From Klebsormidium nitens (taxonomy: Eukaryota; Plantae; Klebsormidiophyceae): 64,000 nucleotides of DNA. A program made the translations under genes and the position numbers. The DNA is taken from the NCBI GenBank assembly GCA_000708835.1, contig DF236994.1, positions 186,001-250,000 of the forward strand. The letters are read 5' to 3'. Of this stretch, positions 35,867 to 47,927 are shown piece after piece. The number at the start of each line of letters is the position of its first letter. Within the stretch, counting starts at the first letter, position 1. The notes under the pieces were generated by a model. The model searched no databases. It saw only the letters and a program-made list of their open reading frames with translations, and was not told the DNA's origin.

Positions 35867-38800
35867 ATGCAAATTACTGAGGTAGAAGCAACGGATGGAG
35901 GAGGGGATGTCAACAAGAGCTTGCAGAAGATTGAGGGAGTTGTAACGCAAATCGAGAAAGAAGCGCCAGATCTTGATCCACTTGCCGTCAAGAGCTTGAG
36001 GGGTGCGGTCACGGAGATCGGAAGTCGACTAACGGAGGAGCAGAAGTTGGCACTCTGGAAATTGAGCTACAGGATCTGGAACACCTGTGTTGAGATATCC
36101 AACGACCGAAAAGATGGCTTTCGAGAGCAAGAAGAAGAAACTCATGCCAGATTGCGCCACATTGCCTGTGATCTCCTACTTCTGGCAGGAGAGGTAGCGA
36201 AGAACATTAAAAGTGGACTCCTGAAGACTGCCTACTTCTTCTTCAAGGTGAGACTGCTTTACTCCAAAAGAGAGCAATATTCTGCATATGGTGCGTTTGC
36301 ATGACAACGTTTCGAGGTGCCTGTACTGCAACTTGAAAAGCAAGTCGGATGGATTTGCATCGGAAAAGATAAGGGATTCAACACCTGCGTCGTCTTGTGC
36401 AGACTGGGACTATCTGGGCAGAGAACTCACTCAATCTGGAGCTGGCAGAGGTAGCATTCAGCAAGGCAACTGAGCTGTGCATTAAGTATGGGGATGAAAA
36501 CCGCAATCACTTGCAGCCAGAGGAAGCGAAAGAACAACAGCAGTTGGCATTCAACATCTACACCAGCCGGGCAAAAACCGCTTCCGAGTTGTCCCAAAGA
36601 GCTCTAGCTTTGAACCTTCTTGGAAGAGCCAAAAGTGCTCTTCCTGCTCTGCCAGAGCGTCGGCTGGATCTTGCAGCGGCTTACTTCGAGATTGGAAAAT
36701 CTGTATTGGCAACCGCCAATGAGAATACCAGCGCCGAAGCTATTTCGTATTTCCAACAAGCGCAAGAGCTCTGTAGCAGCGCAGGAGATGACCAGGCTCA
36801 GAGTGAAAGCGGTCATCAATCGGGAGGCATAGCAGAACTGTACCCAAAAGTCCTCAGGTGATGGATGTGCACTCCTAAATTTTGTGAAAGTAATGGGTTT
36901 GCAGACAATAGAGTCTGCAGGATATGACCACAATCCGCTTGACGTGTATGGATCCCAGACAAGTGTTGAGCTTTAGGCGCTGGAATTTTAGTAAGGCTAT
37001 CCTTCATACTTGATTACGCACTCTATGACCAATGCTTTTCTCTTTGTACTGCAGGTATCTTGCTGCAAGTCATATCGCTACTGGATCCAAAGAGGGCTTT
37101 GAATCCGCCCTTCAAACCATATCGGTCCTCCAGAACATCTCAAATCACGCCAGCACAAGTTTTCTGTCCCTGAAAGCGCTCTGTGGCCTCGAGCGGACTG
37201 ACGAAGCCGAGACGGAGCTCACTTCTTTGATCGGACACCCTGGTGCATCTGCTGAAGTGTGTTTGAACGCAATTGAAATGATTCTGCAGTGCAAAAAGGT
37301 TGCGGCAGCTCAGTCTGCCTACAAACAGGTGAGAAATCCATTAGGTACTCAATATCGCAGACGGACGTCGAATGAAGGATGAAAGCTTGCGGGTTGGATC
37401 TGCTTATCTGCGCTTACGGTTAGATCCAGCAAAACCTATGGTTTGTGCCTGTAGAAACTTCTTTACTTGTCGGCAAGTCGTTTCAACGACGGGACGTTCG
37501 TTGCGGATACTTGTTTTGCTGTGAGGTGGCTGCGAAGGACAATCTATTCCGGTCGAGTGAGTACTTTACCACGTGCTTCGACTAAAGTTGGACTCCTTCC
37601 TTTGCAGTTACTGAAGCGCTTTCCGTCTGACACTCAACTGCCGGTCAGGATCGTCGAAAAGCTCCTGGCAACCTCGGTCGACGACAATCTTGAAGTCGCC
37701 CTGGACATATGCGCCGATGTCGCCGAGGCGGCGGAACTTGCGCATGAGCACGGGAAACCGGTGGACGCCAAGGCAATGAGTGCTCTTCATGCTCTTCTCT
37801 GGAACCGGGGCGCTTCCATCTTTTCAAGCAAGAAGGACTACAAAGTCAGCTTGAGCCTCTTCGAATCCGCGCTGCTCTTCTTATCCCCCGATAACAAGAA
37901 CAGGGGCAAATCGATGAGAGTGCTCGCGCTGTGCCACATGGGGCTTCAGGAGTTTGATCGGGCCCTCGAGTATCTCACTCAAGCAGACAAGGTGAGACAA
38001 AGATCCACTGCATTCGCAGCGTCAAGTTTGTAAAACAGGATTCTTTCAGGCAGGAACAGGACTTTGGGGCGTGCGTCAATGTGCAGAGAAGCAGCATTTG
38101 ATGCGGAACATGGTCTTGCAATAAGATAAGTCACAACGTTGGTACAAGGTACTCGATCGTGTTATCCTCCCAAAGTGGATGCAGAGATCTCAGATATCTT
38201 GCATGCACTTGAGGCCCGCTCCGCAATTGTAGATGTAATAAGGGGCTACGAACCCTATGGATTCGACACCACTGAGTTGGCTTTTGTTGCAGACGGAGCC
38301 CGGCATTTCAGCGTCTGCTGTTCTACAGTTCAAGATTGCCGTTCAGCAGAAAGACGAGAAAAGAGCTGCAGAGATCGTGGAAAAGATAATGTCATGCCGC
38401 GACTTCGAGGCCGACTATCTCAAGTAAGTTCTCAATCTTAGCCTTTTCTGATTGATCCGTTCAGAAGCTGAGGATAGGTGACCTCGTAGAAAGTTAGAAG
38501 AGAATTGATTTACGGGCTTAAGATGGCTATTGGCTCCAAGCGCGTCTGATTCGAATTCTCAACTCATGGAGCGGCGCTACTTTCTCGACTCTGATTGACT
38601 TCTCAGGTCGACGCATCTTTACCATATCCAAGTATCCGCTACTCAATGTGGATGATCTACGGATATGAACATTTCTTACCATCGTTCCTTACAGGCTGCT
38701 GTCTCACGAGGCGACTTTCTGCGGTTACACGTCGGTGGCTGTCTCCGCTCTCTCGCACCTTCTGGATCTGTCTCTTGAAAAGAAGGACGTGCAAGAAAAG

Positions 38801-40514
38801 GAAGCCATATTGCTGCGAAATCTGATCAAACTCACTGGCGACGAGACCCCAGGCGACTTCACCAGAACGATTCAGCCCTACGAGAAAGCGAAGGAAAGGC
38901 TCGACACTTTGGGAAAGGAGGTCTTCTTCGGCGGCGGCACGGTCGGAGACAAAGAAGTCAAGTGGTTCGCCGGATCGGCTTGGAACAGCGGGCTTCAGGC
39001 GGCGAGAACAGGAGACTGGCCCCTCTGCGCGCGTCTTTTCGCTTGCGCTTCGGCCTTCTACGAGCAACTTCCGGACCCGAGTCTCGAAGATCTTCAAGCC
39101 GTAAAGCTGAGCCACCTTCTGGGAGCTACCGCAGCATTGCAGCTTTCGGAAAGTCTGTCTGCGGAGGAGCTGAAAGCCGTCGAAGCGAAGTTGGAGAAAT
39201 GCAGATCGGTGAGAGATCTTGCTTGCAAAGCTGGGCAACCGAGTGCGTGTATTCCAGCATGCCGATAGATGCTTCAACTTCCACACTGCAATAAATGCGT
39301 GGCATGATGCGCATGGTGAAGGACAACGAACAATAGATAACTTTGAGTCAGTCCGGTCTTCTGACAGGTGCTCACTGAAGTCTCGAAACGGACCGAATCA
39401 TCTTCCAGTTCGGACGACGGAACCGAACTGCAGTACAAGTGAGATTTGAAACCCCCTGCGCTTCTTACTGCGTTTTACAGTCTTTGTTGTCGCAGTTGCT
39501 GGGAAGGCGTCTCTGCTCTGCTTTTGCCTTGACTATCTGTTGTCAGCCCGATTTTACAACATCTTTCTCCTCACACACACTCGCGAGACCTCACACACAC
39601 TCGCGAGATTTCCCCGCCTTCGTCTTACCAGCCTCCTAAGCTTCACCCTCAAAGGCCGGCAGAAGGACTACAAGGCCCAGATCGACATCCTGGCGCGCGT
39701 CCAAAGCGTTCCCGGCGCGACAGCTCAGCATCTCTTTCAGATGGGCCTGCAAGCAGCAGATACGCCGGGCGCCGAGAGCCTCGACGTGGCGATGGCCGCC
39801 CTGCGCGCGAGCCTGCAGATGGTCATGCGCGCGCCGATGCCGGACTACGCGCTTGCCAGCGCCATCAATAGGAAGCTCATCAACCTCGCCGACCTGAAGT
39901 GCAAAGATGGCCCAGAGGTCTTCGCCACGTACAAGGTAACAGAAACATTTCGAGTCCAGCATTTTGATAGGTCTCCTGGTTTCTGGTGCTAACAGCAGGA
40001 GGTTCGGGAATATCTAATTTCAGGCCACTCAGCAGCGACTAGACCACGGGCGCCATTTAGAAATCTCATTGCAGCGCGTCAATGAATGAAACGAGTATCT
40101 CATCGAACTCGAGAGCAACCTGCCGTGTGTTGCTTCCTTTACCATGGAGCTTTGCTAGGTACGGAGCAAAGGTGGTGGAGCTGACGGTTCCCTTAACACC
40201 GGTCCGAAGCAGGAAAACAGTTTTTGTGGGTGTTGTGACCCTTGCCTTCTCGACCTTTGCAGGAAGTCAACCAGCTCCTTGTGGGCCTCTCTGCTGGGCA
40301 GTATCCCAAAGACGAAGTCAGCTGGCTAGTCTCGACTGCTTGGAACCGGGCTGCATTTCATGTAAGATTCTCGCACAGCACAGAGGCTGAGAAGTGGATG
40401 AGGGTTGCCCTGAGTCTGCTCCAGCATGCCCCACAGATGGAGAATAAGAGGCAAATGATGACGAGCGCGTTGGATGATCTTTTGAGTAGTCGGAAGGCTG
40501 ACATCGAAGAGTAA
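35867..40514 (+). CDS. ZIP4: Meiotic ZMM protein ZIP4/SPO22 (TEX11 homolog, TPR), ~921 aa, 9 exons
   Basis: Exons 35867-36247, 36403-36857, 37055-37328, 37608-37991, 38293-38423, 38695-39208, 39368-39438, 39632-39935, 40263-40514; open throughout. Motifs recalled from plant ZIP4: LWKLSYRIWNTCVE, LRHIACDLLLLA, LHALLWNRGA, WFAGSAWNSG, YPKDEVSWLVSTAWNRA. Confidence 0.9.
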
Positions 40515-41392
40515 ACGACAAGAGCAGTTTGAGAAAACAATGTTTGCAGGCTGCAATCAAAGGATCGGCCGTTTTCTGGTCTTTCGCCTTCTCGTATGAG
40601 CAATATTCGTGCTCTGAATGAAAATAGGTTTGATGGTGTACTACATCGACGGGCCGCTGCTTTTTTTGCTACATGTTGCGAACGTAGGACCCGGCAATGC
40701 TGCGTACTTCAGTGATATCCAATGATCTTCCGCACTGATTTGTGAATCTGACAAGCATGCTCAGTGTGGCCAGCGTCATTAACGTCAAGGACGATGTTCG
40801 TAGTATAGTTTAAATTATTATTGCAAAAAATGAGAAATACACCATGAGTGCACAGCTTGTAATATACTCGGGCCGTATATCAACCTGCCTTTACTACGGA
40901 ATCTGACCGGATCGGTCACTCATTCCGGCGCCGCTTACTCTAGAGAGCTGTATACTGAGCCAAACTATCACATCGATCGGACCAGGGTACGTTAGAAGCT
41001 CATTGCCCCATGCACCGACGGTGCGGGCCCCGCACATGAACGCGTTGCAGGTCCGGCTGTGAAAGCCTTGGTTTACAATGGCGGCACCATGCGGTATATG
41101 GGCTCAGATCCAAAGACACTGCCATGATCATCCTCCTCTAGCGAGTCGTGTCACGCAATGCAGAGCCGATCGGTGTCCTGATTATCTTCCTGGCGTTGGA
41201 AAGGAATATGCAATCATGATGAAAGGTAAGGCCTGCACAGTTGCAACTATTGGATAGCCAGAGCCCTATAGTCCCCGATCAAGCATGGCTTCCATGGTCG
41301 CGTACAGCTTTTATTTTGAGTAAAAAATCGAAATGACTGCGGCAATGCGCCAGCTGACGGTTAAGACGTGGACAATATCTACAGAGGACCAA

Positions 41393-44300
41393 TCATAACT
41401 TCAATTGGGCTATGGCTTCCGGCTTGAAGTCCACCCGCAAACCAAGCACTCTCCGCACTTCCGCTGGGGTCAGCCGCCACGTCATCGGCCCCGAGTTCTC
41501 GCCCCAGTAATCCAGGATCTCGCTCACTTTCTCGAGGTTCAGAATTGTGGCCATCTGCGTCAGACGCGCAAACTTGTCTCGGACCGTCCGCTGCGTCATC
41601 CCCGAGAAGTGCCCGACCAGCGTCCGAGCGTCCCGATCTAGTTGCAGCCCCCCGAGTTGATTGAACCGCTTTTGCGTCATGATGACCTCTATCCTCTTCA
41701 CTATATACTCGATAATCAAGTGTACCAACGAATCGTAGTTATTGGTGGTTAACAGCGGCTGTAACCACGTCACGTTCTGCTCCACCGCCACCAACAAACT
41801 CTGCACCCACGGGTCGTGAATCTCGTTCTCGGCGTACTGCGCCTCGGTTAGCTCGTAACCCACGGCGTTAACCGCGTCCAGGAGCGGCCGGAACCGCGGG
41901 CTGATGCTGTTGGCCAGGCCCTCTAGGCTCGAGACCGCCATCGCCTTGAGCGCCGCTGCTGTTTCGCCCAGATCGTTGAGAACGGTTTTGATCTTCTCAC
42001 GGTCGGCAGGGGCAGAGAACATCTGCACGGTAAGTCGTCGCTCAGATAAGGAAGATAAAGGTCTGCCGACGGGACGCAGTAAGTTGCATGCACACGTCGG
42101 ATTGTCGAGCGCCAAGGGCGACGATTCGGACCTTCCAACAAAAGATTCTTGTTGTGTCCTCCGTTCTGTGAACTTTGCGAAGCGCTGGTCCAGACGTCTT
42201 CTGTGCAGGCTTCTGAATTATCCTTCCTCTTGAGTCATAACTCAGAGCTGTGATATTGATTCAAGAGCACTCAAGGTGAACACGTACCGAGAAACGGCTC
42301 CGTGGTGATTACAAGGGTGCATCCGGCATCATAGACGCCGAATTCCTTCTCTTGCCTTCCAGCTCGAGCGACTGGGGACAGTTTCACGAGAGTTCCGCGA
42401 AGGAGCGAATCAGTCGCAGTAGGAACGAGACACGGAGAACACGATAGATAAGGCTAGCTGAGAAAAGCAGCCAAGCGAAAGCAAACAGCGATCACAGTGT
42501 CAAATCCAACAAACCGGGGACCTTGGGAGCGGAGACGAGCCCCCACCTCTGCGCAAAACTCGTCGAGCTCGTTCCGCAGCTTCTGGACGTACTCCGCGCT
42601 GACGTCGACGTTGTTGAGCGCGGTCGCGATCTCGGCGCCGCTCTTGGGCGCCGCGGCCGCGCCCGCGAAGAGCTTGGCCGCGAGCGCGGGCTCGCGCGTC
42701 TTGCGGTGCAGCGCCTCCTTGTACTCGTTGCCCAGCAGGTTGTTGGCCGTGTTGAGGCAGTAACACACGCACTGGACGCTGCCTGCGGGGCCCGGTGTGA
42801 ATGGGGTTGGAAAGCGCAGCAGGAGTGCGATTGGGGGTTCAGATCGACGGTTATGAACGGTGCTGACGGGATGGGAGCACCGAAGGTCTCTCCGAAAGTA
42901 AGAGAGAAACAGAACGCGGAAATGAGAGCGGAGAAAAAGAAGCAATTTGAGACCCAGGGTGTCGGATTGGACAAGCGGGAGAGCTGTTTCGTTCAAAGAG
43001 GTTCGGTTCAAGACAGAATCCTCTCGATTGCTCCGATAGGTTCCCTCAAATGTCGCTCAGCCCTTCTGTGAAAGTACAATTCGCGCCAGGGGACAACCGG
43101 GCCAGCCCCTTTCTACCTGCTGCAATCACGGCATAATCACAGAACCACCACAGAATAACCAAAGACTAACCGCAGACTAATCATAGAAAATCACAGACTA
43201 ACCGTAGTTCACACGCAGACCAACCCAGCGCAAAACGAACTTCGCCCCCCCCAATGCTCACCTGTTGAGATGGCCCGCCGCGCGCAGTTCTGCAGGATGT
43301 AGAAAACGTCATCCACCATGGATGTCGTCAGCGCGTCCTCCACGAACTCGTCGATGCGCACCGCCTTGCTGACGTTCTCACTCATAAAGTACTCTTCCAA
43401 CGTCATGTAGTAGCCCAGCAGCTCTTGGACCGCCCGGCTGAACGCCCCGGTCTTGAAGGCGTCCACTTCGCCGGGGCTCAGCTGCGCGCCACCAGCCTCG
43501 GCTTCCCGGATCTTGGCGATCATGAACTGGGGGAGAAGGAAAGGGTCTCGGGAACTTGGGAGTTTTGCGGAGATTAATCACCTGGCAATCATTGCTCGTG
43601 CCTTCGCGCAGGCTGGACAAGGCTGGCGTTCAAGTCGTTCATTACACACGCGATTGCGAGAGTGAGATAGCAAAGCCCTTCCGTCGAGTCGCGAATCGGT
43701 TTACGGCAACTTTTCTGCCAACAGTCACAGCGTTTCCTCGGTAACCAGTCCACAATTGAATCATTCCTCGTGAAGCTGCAGCTAAACTGCCCAAGGATCA
43801 GCCCGAAGACCATCTTAAGGCAATCACCGACGCTCAACCTACCTGGGAGTACTCCTCGCTCCGTTGTGTCAACAACAGCATCTCCTCCAAATACACCTCC
43901 ACCTCCCGGGGGTCCACTCCCTCCGCCGTTCCAACGCCCCCGGAAGGCTTTGCGGTGACGTCCTTGGCGTGGCGCGCCAGTTTTCGGTACTCCGAGTACT
44001 GGCGCAGTATCTGAGCGCCACGTGTCTCGCATTCGTCCTGCAGCTCGCGGACGACGTACGGGACGGCGTCCTCGCCGAAGGACGTTCGCAGCAGCTCCTC
44101 GTTTTCCTCAATCGTCAGTGCGATGTCCTGCGGGTTAGAAGTCGGTTCTGATTGACTGGAGTGTCTGGTTGATCGGGGGAATGATAGGGAAGAGATGGAG
44201 GTGGTTTAGGCTGCCCTACTGGCCTGCTGCAAAAATTTTTGAAATTTTTGCATGATTACAAATAAGGCGCCAAGAAGGAAGATAATGGATATTTTGTGAG

Positions 44301-47300
44301 GGAGGCCTCTGTAATTTCTGATTCGAGCCACACGGAGCAATGCTGCTTTTCCTGTGCGGTCACGGCGTCAAGCCGGCAGCGACGCCAAAGCACAAGTGGT
44401 CTCCGTCCGAGCTTCATGCCGTTCGATTGGAAGTGCAATTGCGATTGCAGAAGGCTACTATAGAAACAAGTACGTGAACGAACGAACCTTGAAGAGCTCC
44501 GTCAGCACTCCGACGAAGTCGGGACCGGCGCCCTTTTCGATCACATTTGAGAAGTTCAACCGAGGCTTCTCAGCGGTTCGATTGGAGGCGCACTGGCGGG
44601 CGCAGAAATGCATTAAATCAAGTTCGTGAGGGCTAACGAACCTTGAAGAGCTCCGTCAGCACTCCGACAAAGTCCGGACCCGCGCCTTTGACTGCGGGCC
44701 GGTCCATGGCCAGTACGAGCGCCTCGATGCTCTCCTTGGCGGAGGCGGAGACTTGGCCCCGCAGATACGCTGTGAATGTTCGGAGGCCCTCCTCTTGCAA
44801 CTGCGACGGTGATTAAAAACTTCGCTCAGACTTCGTTTCACTTGAGTTCCTTGAGGCGACCCGTAACCTGGCGGCGAAGGATTGGCCCTACAGATGCGCC
44901 ACGAGAATGCACAGGCCCTCCTCTTCGCCGCTCTAAAGATGCGCCGCGAACTTTTACAGGCCCTCCTCTTGCAACTTCAACCAGGTGTCGCAAAATCGAT
45001 CAAAACTCGTTTCGTTCAAAGACGTGCGAACTGCGTCTCGGTTCCTTGGGGCGACCCAAAACCTTTGGCTGCGCAGGAAGGCCGTGAACGTTTGGAGGCC
45101 CTCCTCTTGCAAATGCACGGGGTTTGTTAGAAGATCCGGTTACTCTGACAATTATGAACGAAGCATCAACCTGGTTTGTTCCGTGGGCGCCGATGTATAC
45201 AGATTATTATAACGTGCGTGCTTCCTTGGAAGTGCCAACTAGGAACATGCGCAAAGGCGGACTGCAAAACACCGAGCCTCGCCGTTGAGGAGTTTTACGT
45301 TCGAGCCCACTACTTCTGTCGCTCAGAGGGGGGAGTCTGCCGCGACCAGTCCAATATTTTGTCAGATCTGATTGCAAGCGTGCCAGGTGTGTATAAGGTC
45401 AATCGCAATGAGTGATGCGTGTTGTTTGTGGGCCAATCAGATTTCAACGAGCGTTTTGATGGGACTAAAGAATTCCTGCCCGTATGACTCAGAGCAGAGA
45501 TCCTGCTTACCTGCAGTGGGGGGTACAGCTTTGCGAAGCGCACGACCTGTTCGTGGTCTTTGCTCTCCACCGCCTGCGCAAACTTGCTCCGGATAACCTC
45601 TTCTAGCTGCTGCTTCGACTGCATCAGCTGCTCCACCTGCGAAAAAGTTCATATCGCTTCAGATCGTATGAATGTCAGGAAAAGAGGAACTTTGATAGAA
45701 GTACAGCAGGAGGAGCGCTGAGGATCTTTAAGAAAGGCAAGCTGGCAGAGCTTTCCAAGGAGAAACGGTAGCATACATACCCCCGTTCTCGGGAGTTTGT
45801 GCAGAAGCCAGCAGTAGTTGATGCCAGGATCTGCTGAAGCGCTCTTGTATAGAAGGGGTTGTAAAAGACAACTCTCCCTCAACCTGAAACAAAAGTCGGA
45901 CTTGAACCCAAATACATATGTCTAGATCCACGCACCTGCTCTCTCGCTGTCTCCGCCGAGTTCTCCTGCACCGCCGCATCATGGTACGCCCCATCGAGCT
46001 CCAAAAACGTCTCCACATACTTGGCCGCCGCCTCGTAGTCCTCGCCCTCGAGTGCCGTCTTCACGCCCTCTATGCAACTGGTGCGATCCACGATGGCGTT
46101 GATGCGCGTGATCGCGTCTTGCACCCGGGATTGCGCCATGTCTAGTTCCCGGACCTTTCCGCTCACGTGCTCTGCGAGGCTGCACGTGCTGCGCACGCTG
46201 GCGGCCATTTGGTCTGAGTCTGCTCGGACGAGCTCGAGCACCTGGGGGAGGATGATAAGGTATTGGGGATTGGGATAGGGTATGAGAAGGTGGTGCACTT
46301 AGAGCCTGTTGTGACGGGAGGGGCAAGAAGAAGGCCAGACTAAAAGAATAGGTCGTCGCTTTTTGCCCCTAACTTGTCGGGTCTCGTTGACTGGACTGAT
46401 CGGTTGAAGCCAACGAGGCAGGATTTGATGAGGCTGACCACCTGCCTCTTACCGTCCTTAGAGCGGCTACAGAGGAGATTCACAAGGCCTTGGAATGCAG
46501 CTCCCATTGGTGACCAGCAACGAGCGACCAGACCCGTGGACCATGACCAGAGTGGGGGCTTTGGTCAGAAGAATCCGTGGGCGCTTTGTTGCAAAGCAAA
46601 TACATCACCATTTAAAACGATACAATGTGGCGTTCCTTGACTGAATGAAAGTGCTGAGATCCCCTCCAACGAGGTCCGGAAGCACTCCTTCGTCAGGCCA
46701 GGATCGAGACGTTACAGGCACAATGAAGATTGATTTCACACAATTCGACGAGGAACCGTTTGCTTGCACTGCTGACTGATGACCTTGCTGCGACTTGTGG
46801 ACTCCCCAGTGGTGGCAATTCCCACCATCAAACAACCTATCAGAGGAGAAGTAGTGACTGTACCTCAGCTGATTTGTGCAGGCTGCTGAGTTTCCTCTCC
46901 AGCTCCTGTCGTTGCCCCAGCAGGACTTCCAACTCCTTGTCAATCTCCCGCTCCTGGGCAATCGTCTCATGCAGTAGCCGGGTCATAGCGCCAACATCTG
47001 CAGGATACATCGCACCGCCTCATACAGCTCTCCTTTGCAACCATCAGAAAGAATACTCGAACCCAAAACATCTTTTCCAGTTGGCTGTTTGGCACACATT
47101 GTGAGTTCAGATTGTATGGATGATCATCAGTCATGTCACCACTTCTCAGAAGTCACAGCAATCATGCTGCAGGCTTGAAAAAGCTGGTGATGGCTCTCCA
47201 AAAGCCATTACAATCTCGTGCAATGAGAATGCAGGAATATGTCACACCGCATTCGCCGATGAAGAATCGAGGCCCACCCGTCAGACCCTTGATCTTGTCC

Positions 47301-47359
47301 AGCATGCTTTGCTGTCCATCGTGGCCCGAAACCCCATTGGTAAGGACTGGCAGCCCCAT
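41393..47359 (-). CDS. COG4: Conserved oligomeric Golgi complex subunit 4, ~740 aa, 9 exons
   Basis: Exons 47359-47278, 46997-46864, 46241-45936, 45636-45511, 44800-44642, 44127-43843, 43526-43262, 42782-42547, 42022-41393. Motifs DVGAMTRLLHE, VRELDMAQSRV, TTSMVDDVFYIL, FNQLGGLQLDRDAR, VRDKFARLTQMA, LTPAEVRRVLGLRVDF. Confidence 0.96.
44461..45112 (-). repeat. Copies of both ends of COG4 exon 5 in the flanking introns
   Basis: Exon-start copies (GCAAGAGGAGGGCCT core, partly degenerate) at ~45112-45062, ~44974-44935 and ~44926-44881. Exon-end plus donor copy GGAGTGCTGACGGAGCTCTTCAAG|gttcgtt at 44535-44488. Confidence 0.93.
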
Positions 47360-47927
47360 TGCTGAATTCAATGCAAATAAATAATTTCAGCGTTGTCCAC
47401 CAAAATGCGGCCCTCGACAGAAGCTGAAAGTCGATCAGATGGATTCCAAAGGACACGATGGCGATGGAACTAAGATCTGAAGGGAAGGACCTGTTGGTTG
47501 CTGCCAGACCCTTCAAGAAGCCAAGCAAACAGCACTTGCCACCGGCTTGCTTAATTGCTAACTGGCTCGTTGTTTGATGGATTGCCTGCAAAGCAATGCA
47601 GTGCATGATGCAGGGTCACATGCTTGTTGTGTGCGTGCATCCCTGCCGTAGAAAGTACCTTTTATTATCGGACGGTTCATGTATATGAGCAATCTTGTAA
47701 TCGGCCGGCTGATGTTGCCTTGTCGCCATCGACGGTCTCAGCTTATGCTGGTCCGCTGGAGACAAGGGAGCCCCCACCACAACTTTCAAATGCACCTGCT
47801 CAACATCAGATGCAGTGGTGGTGCACAAGGACGCCAGGACAGTTCGATGCTCTGTTGCCCACATTGGTGTTTGCTTTAGCGCGTCGAAAGCTTCAGAGGG
47901 GCTCAGAAGGAGACTCTTTGTGGCAAG

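Noticed and set aside
43135-43210. CAGA(A/C)TAACC-like short repeats in a COG4 intron
   Set aside because: Low-complexity minisatellite without exon-derived sequence; not counted as an echo.
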